Positions 58,943 through 63,751 of a stretch of DNA of 63,751 bases are shown here, in pieces. The notes beneath the pieces are model-generated. The model made no database searches. It saw nothing but the letters and a program-made list of their open reading frames with translations, and was not told the DNA's origin. How positions within the stretch are numbered: the stretch's first letter is position 1; each line of letters starts with the position of its first letter. The DNA comes from a candidate division WWE3 bacterium (GTDB lineage: Bacteria; Patescibacteriota; WWE3; UBA101185; UBA10185): contig JAAZNV010000012.1 of the NCBI GenBank assembly GCA_012798115.1, positions 1-63,751 on the forward strand, given 5' to 3'. A program made the translations under genes and the position numbers.

Positions 58943-60444
58943 ATCTTTGCTTTCTCCATGTAATCAACCAACTCTTTATGCTGTGCACTTATTTTTCCAA
59001 GAATAGAATTAAAATCATCAGACGAGTTGATAATCTTTTTTAACTTGTCTCTAAATATAGGATCCTTATCATAAAGCTTCTGTGCTTGAGCCCTATAAAA
59101 TCTAATTTTTCCAATGGTTTCTTCCTTCAAAATCCCAGACCATATCATAACAAAGAGGAATATCTGTACGTCAATTGAAAGGATTTCTTCGGTAGTTTGA
59201 TCAAAAAATTGATCCAACTTCTTTCCCATCTCAAGGGTAGCTTTTATACCCTCATTCAACTCTGCTCCAAAGTGTATAAACCTTTCAGTCTTACTGTGAA
59301 GATAAAAGAAACTGGACAACTCTCTATTTATCCCCCATTTCACCTTGCTTTGAGTTTGTCTTCCAACTCTTGTAACAGAAAGAAAGTAGTTAATTGCTGG
59401 CTTCTTTCCTGACTTAAAAAGGGACTGATCAAAGAATATATGTCCATCAGTAATAGACATTAAGTTAGTTTGAATATAACCAGTAATATCACCTTCTATG
59501 GCTTCTGCCAAAGGAAGACATGTGATTGAAGATACTTTATTTCCAAACTTAAAATTTCCTGCTCTTTCAAGAAGCCTAGAATGAGCATAAAAGACATCAC
59601 CAGGATAAGAATCTCTACCTGGAAATTTTTTAGCAATCAATGATAATTCTCTGTAGAATTTTGCATGGGTAGAAAGATCGTCCAGTATTAATAAAACATC
59701 TTTGCCTTTATCTCTAAAATACTCTGCTATTGTCATAGCAGTATATGGAGTAAGATATATGTTTGCAATTGGATCAGATGAGCCAGAAGCAACGATGATG
59801 GTTCTATTCATTACACCGCTTCTTACTAACTGATTTTCAACTTTTTTAATAGAATGAAGCTTCTTACCAATACCTGCGTAAATGCACACCGTTCCAAGCT
59901 TAGCTTGAGATAGCATTACTTGCATAGCAAATGTTGTCTTACCAGTATTTCTATCTCCTATCACAAGTTCCCTCTGCCCTCTGCCTAAAGGTATAAGGAA
60001 ATCTACTAAAGAAACACCTGTCTCAAGTGGCACAGTAATTCTTTCTCTAAAATTGATGGGGGGAGGAGAAGCATTAGTATCCCTAAACTCACTAATTCCT
60101 GTTATCACCTTATTTTCATGCATAGAGTTTCCCAAGGAATCCACTACATTTCCAAGCAAGCCATCACCAACAGGTATATGAAGAATCTCATTTGATCTTG
60201 AAACCTTTTCCCCTACTAAAACAGGAGTGTTTCTAAAAACCATTACTTCTACATAATCTTCAAGAAGAGACGTAACAATACCCATACAACCTGACTCAAA
60301 GTACACTACTTCAGACAACCTGGCTTTAGGAAGGCCATTGATGTAGACAATGGGATGTGTTACCTCATCAACAAAACCAGTTTCCTTGTTTCTATCTAGT
60401 GAGATATTAAAGTTTTCTTTATAAATATCTACTAATGGCATCAT
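58939..60444 (-). CDS. atpA: F1 ATP synthase alpha subunit
   Basis: GDRNTGKTT Walker A, LLILDDLSTHA, PGDVFY. Confidence 0.95.
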
Positions 60445-60949
60445 TTTTCTCTAAATAACCTACTAAGAAACTCTTAAGAGTTACATCAACATACCTACCA
60501 CCTACATACAACTTCATTCCCCCAGTAATGGAATTATCAACATTAAAGTCTAATAAAAAATTACTCTTATCAACGCCACAACTTTTTATCTCCCCTACAA
60601 TCTGATACAAATTTTCGATAAAACAATCAGATGGAGTAAAAGATAATTCAACTTTTACCAGTAAGGCCTTGCTTATCTCTTCCTGTAGATCTAAAAGAAA
60701 GTTCCTTACAACGTTGCTGTTACCTTTCTCCAATAATTCCACTTCTAAAACCTCAAACCAAGAAGGAACATTATCACCATAGTTCTTTTCAGCCATCTTC
60801 TTAATGTCAAAACCATCTGTACTAAACATTCCTTGCAATACAAGTCTAATAAAATCACTAGCTTGATTAGCTTTTTCCTTTGTTTTTAACGAACTAAAGA
60901 AACTACTTCTAAACTTTTTGCTCACAGCTGATTGAATCTTCTCGTTCAT
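60419..60949 (-). CDS. atpH: ATP synthase delta (OSCP) subunit
   Basis: Operon position, and C-terminal ITGGMKLYVGGRYVDVTLKS resembles delta IGGxxVxVGdxxxDxSv. Confidence 0.6.
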   Translation of the reverse strand: MNEKIQSAVSKKFRSSFFSSLKTKEKANQASDFIRLVLQGMFSTDGFDIKKMAEKNYGDNVPSWFEVLEVELLEKGNSNVVRNFLLDLQEEISKALLVKVELSFTPSDCFIENLYQIVGEIKSCGVDKSNFLLDFNVDNSITGGMKLYVGGRYVDVTLKSFLVGYLEKNDAISRYL

Positions 60950-60968
60950 AAACTACCTCAACAAATAA

Positions 60969-61757
60969 CTACTCCCTTAATGTTGAATTTGGGGTGTAAC
61001 CCATACCAGACTTATTAATTTCTTCCTTTAACAACTCTAAAATCAGTTTTTCATGCTTTATTTGATCTAAATCTTGCATTATCACTCTTGAATATACTTC
61101 TGATAAGATATCAAAAATCTTGTTGTTAAGGTTTTTTATCTTTTCTTGCTTGTACAACTCTAACTCGTTCTCAACTTTAGAATATTCCATTTGAATCTTC
61201 CCCTCTAAAGCCCTTTTAGCTCCTAAGGTTTCCTCTTTTATTGCCGTTTTTAGTTCATCTACTCCAGACAGGGCCTCCCTTTTCATTGCTTCAGTTGTTT
61301 CATAAAGTGTCCTAATATTTTCTTCCTTACCTTGTTGAACGGCGTGCTTATAAGATTGGAGTAATTCCTTATTTATATCTTCTAAAGACTCTGCTTGCTT
61401 TTTGTATATTTCAGATAAATTATCATCTAATTCCTTTCTACTTTCTTGAGTGATAGCATATGTGCTTCTTAAAACATTTTGTGCTTTCAATTGTGCTCTG
61501 CTTAAAATTCTTAAGGAATCTGTTCTTGCTTTGTCCAATATTTGTAGAGCATCTTGATAAGCATCTTCTCCTATATCATCCATGCTCATTGCTTTCTTTT
61601 TCTTTCTTCTTTTTAAGTTTTTTTTGTTGAGAACAACTACAACATACACAAAAAGAAGAAATGCCATCACGATCAATAGGCAACCAACGACAACTAAATG
61701 AGTATCCCCGGTAAAAAGAAACTCGTCTGTAAAGTACATAGGCAGATTCAATTTCAT
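60969..61757 (-). CDS. atpF: ATP synthase b-like stalk subunit (long, 262 aa)
   Basis: Single N-terminal TM helix followed by a long charged coiled coil. Operon position. Confidence 0.55.
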   Translation of the reverse strand: MKLNLPMYFTDEFLFTGDTHLVVVGCLLIVMAFLLFVYVVVVLNKKNLKRRKKKKAMSMDDIGEDAYQDALQILDKARTDSLRILSRAQLKAQNVLRSTYAITQESRKELDDNLSEIYKKQAESLEDINKELLQSYKHAVQQGKEENIRTLYETTEAMKREALSGVDELKTAIKEETLGAKRALEGKIQMEYSKVENELELYKQEKIKNLNNKIFDILSEVYSRVIMQDLDQIKHEKLILELLKEEINKSGMGYTPNSTLRE

Positions 61758-61831
61758 ATAGTTATTATAATCACAGAAAAGTCAATAATCTAGCTGCTAG
61801 TGCTAATATTAGCTACCAGAAGCTTTAAGGA

Positions 61832-62608
<777 letters not shown>

Positions 62609-63348
62609 TCATAGTTAAAAAACTAAGAACAAGCAACAGCACGACATATTTACCTTTAAATGCTCATATTTCTTAGAACAGAAACCTAGGTAACATAAAA
62701 ACATGCGTTCTTATAACGAGCTGAAAATGTCATATTGAAATAGAACAAAAAATTTCAAACTTTGCCAAATGCTCTATCTAAAGCAAGAAAATTATGACAA
62801 CAGACAAAAGCTAATTTTATAGACATTTTGCAAATGTTATAGAAGTAAAGTGTTTTTTAAGATTCTAAATTCCACTTCTTAACCAAATCTATTAAGCAAA
62901 GCAACTATCAATCTATCTAATAACTATCTAGGTCTTTCACCTATTAGGACATGAAAACAAATTAAAATACTTATTGATAAATAATAAACTTCTCACTAAT
63001 GTAAAACCAGACAAAAATTATTGTATTAAAATAATGCATATCTGATTTTTTATGCTCTGTAAACTCAATAAGATAATCTTAGATATAAATATAAAAACAA
63101 ATATGGAGTAATTAAGATAATCAATAAGTTAGTTTATTTTACATAGAGAAATTTAAACTAAAGTTTCGTTGAAATCCAGAACACAACATTGTATTTGTAT
63201 AGAAGAAATATTAATACTAAAGCAAAAACATAGGCATCTTATATAAGACAAAATCTACGAAGAACTACTATGAACAATATGACAAAATATAATCGAGTAA
63301 AATGAGACATCAAAACCTTTCCAAAACTCGTCAGCAAAATAAAAATGC

Positions 63349-63377
63349 TTGACAATCACATATAACATTTCTACAAT
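63349..63377 (+). promoter_or_regulatory. near-consensus sigma70 promoter TTGACA-17 nt-TACAAT
   Basis: TTGACA 63349-63354, TACAAT 63372-63377, about 55 nt upstream of the ATG at 63432. Confidence 0.45.
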
Positions 63378-63431
63378 TACATTAAACTCTACCAAATATT
63401 ATTGTAGCAATATTTAGTAAAGTTTTTTGAT

Positions 63432-63751
63432 ATGGATCTGCCTGCCCAAGAAAACACAAAAAAACATATAGACTCAAAATATAACTTTCATAGATTTAAC
63501 TACTTGAAGGTTTCTCAAGCTGCAAAAATTCTAGGGGTATCTTCTTCTTCACTCAGACGTCTTGAAAACGAAGGAAGAATTTCTTCCGAAAGACTTCCTG
63601 AGAATAACTACAGAGTGTATAGACTTGATCTTATAAACCAATTGAAATCAGAGTTGGAGGAGATTCAAGACCCATTCACTAAGGAAAAGGGTTCAAAAGT
63701 GGTTAATGTCAAAAACCTTTTTGTGATACCAAAAACCATAGATGTAAGACC
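63432..63751 (+). CDS. partial CDS (runs off window end): MerR/excisionase-type HTH DNA-binding protein
   Basis: Hand translation: MDLPAQENTKKHIDSKYNFHRFNYLKVSQAAKILGVSSSSLRRLENEGRISSERLPENNYRVYRLDLINQL... No stop before the window end, so it is missing from the ORF track. Confidence 0.6.
   Translation, partial: MDLPAQENTKKHIDSKYNFHRFNYLKVSQAAKILGVSSSSLRRLENEGRISSERLPENNYRVYRLDLINQLKSELEEIQDPFTKEKGSKVVNVKNLFVIPKTIDVR

Noticed and set aside
62609-63431. AT-rich ORF-free region as a replication origin
   Set aside because: I saw no TTATCCACA-type DnaA boxes, no dnaA/dnaN nearby, and no obvious strand switch of gene orientation centred here.

Overview
AT-rich, gene-dense bacterial chromosome segment, mostly housekeeping. 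It uses the standard code: TGA acts as a stop inside several ATGA start/stop overlaps. Short genes, K/E-rich tails on ribosomal proteins, a TraD/VirD4-like ATPase, a large secreted Ig/CBM-like protein and an incomplete-looking ATP synthase operon suggest a reduced-genome Patescibacteria/CPR-like organism; this is inference only.

Recognisable blocks:
- lgt-like/lspA-like/rluA/efp
- dnaB
- hisS, rpmE, prfA
- rpsF-ssb-rpsR, ychF, tgt
- cysS, recR, dnaX, pth, ybeY, rpsU
- rseP, frr, tsf, rpsB, tdk, topA, def-fmt, rpmB, mscL, folD
- secE-nusG-rplK-rplA
- an atpC-D-G-A-H-F operon
- five tRNAs, all with encoded CCA: Leu-CAA, His-GTG, Thr-TGT, Tyr-GTA, Thr-GGT

I saw no rRNA, CRISPR array, cas gene, transposase, integrase or reverse transcriptase.

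Most unusual places:
1. A visibly GC-richer orphan cassette (about 27.6-30.1 kb) lies between a Fic gene and a TrmB-like regulator. It carries a small Csx3/Crn3-like protein and two copies of a conserved hairpin with a compensatory stem change.
2. An operon encodes a truncated GGQ (release-factor-like) protein plus a 757-aa HEAT-like orphan protein.
3. The ATP synthase operon has no a subunit and no canonical c subunit. A signal-peptide protein with a carboxylate-less c-like hairpin sits in their place.
4. A G10 tract sits exactly where two ORFs could fuse into a secreted phosphoesterase.
5. dnaX has an A AAA AAA slippery run with a stop three codons into the -1 frame.
6. There are several promoter-plus-hairpin intergenic regions with no ORF.

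Many ORF-track first codons are TTG/GTG. I moved starts to an ATG where a Shine-Dalgarno sequence, a homolog N-terminus or an overlapping feature supported it.
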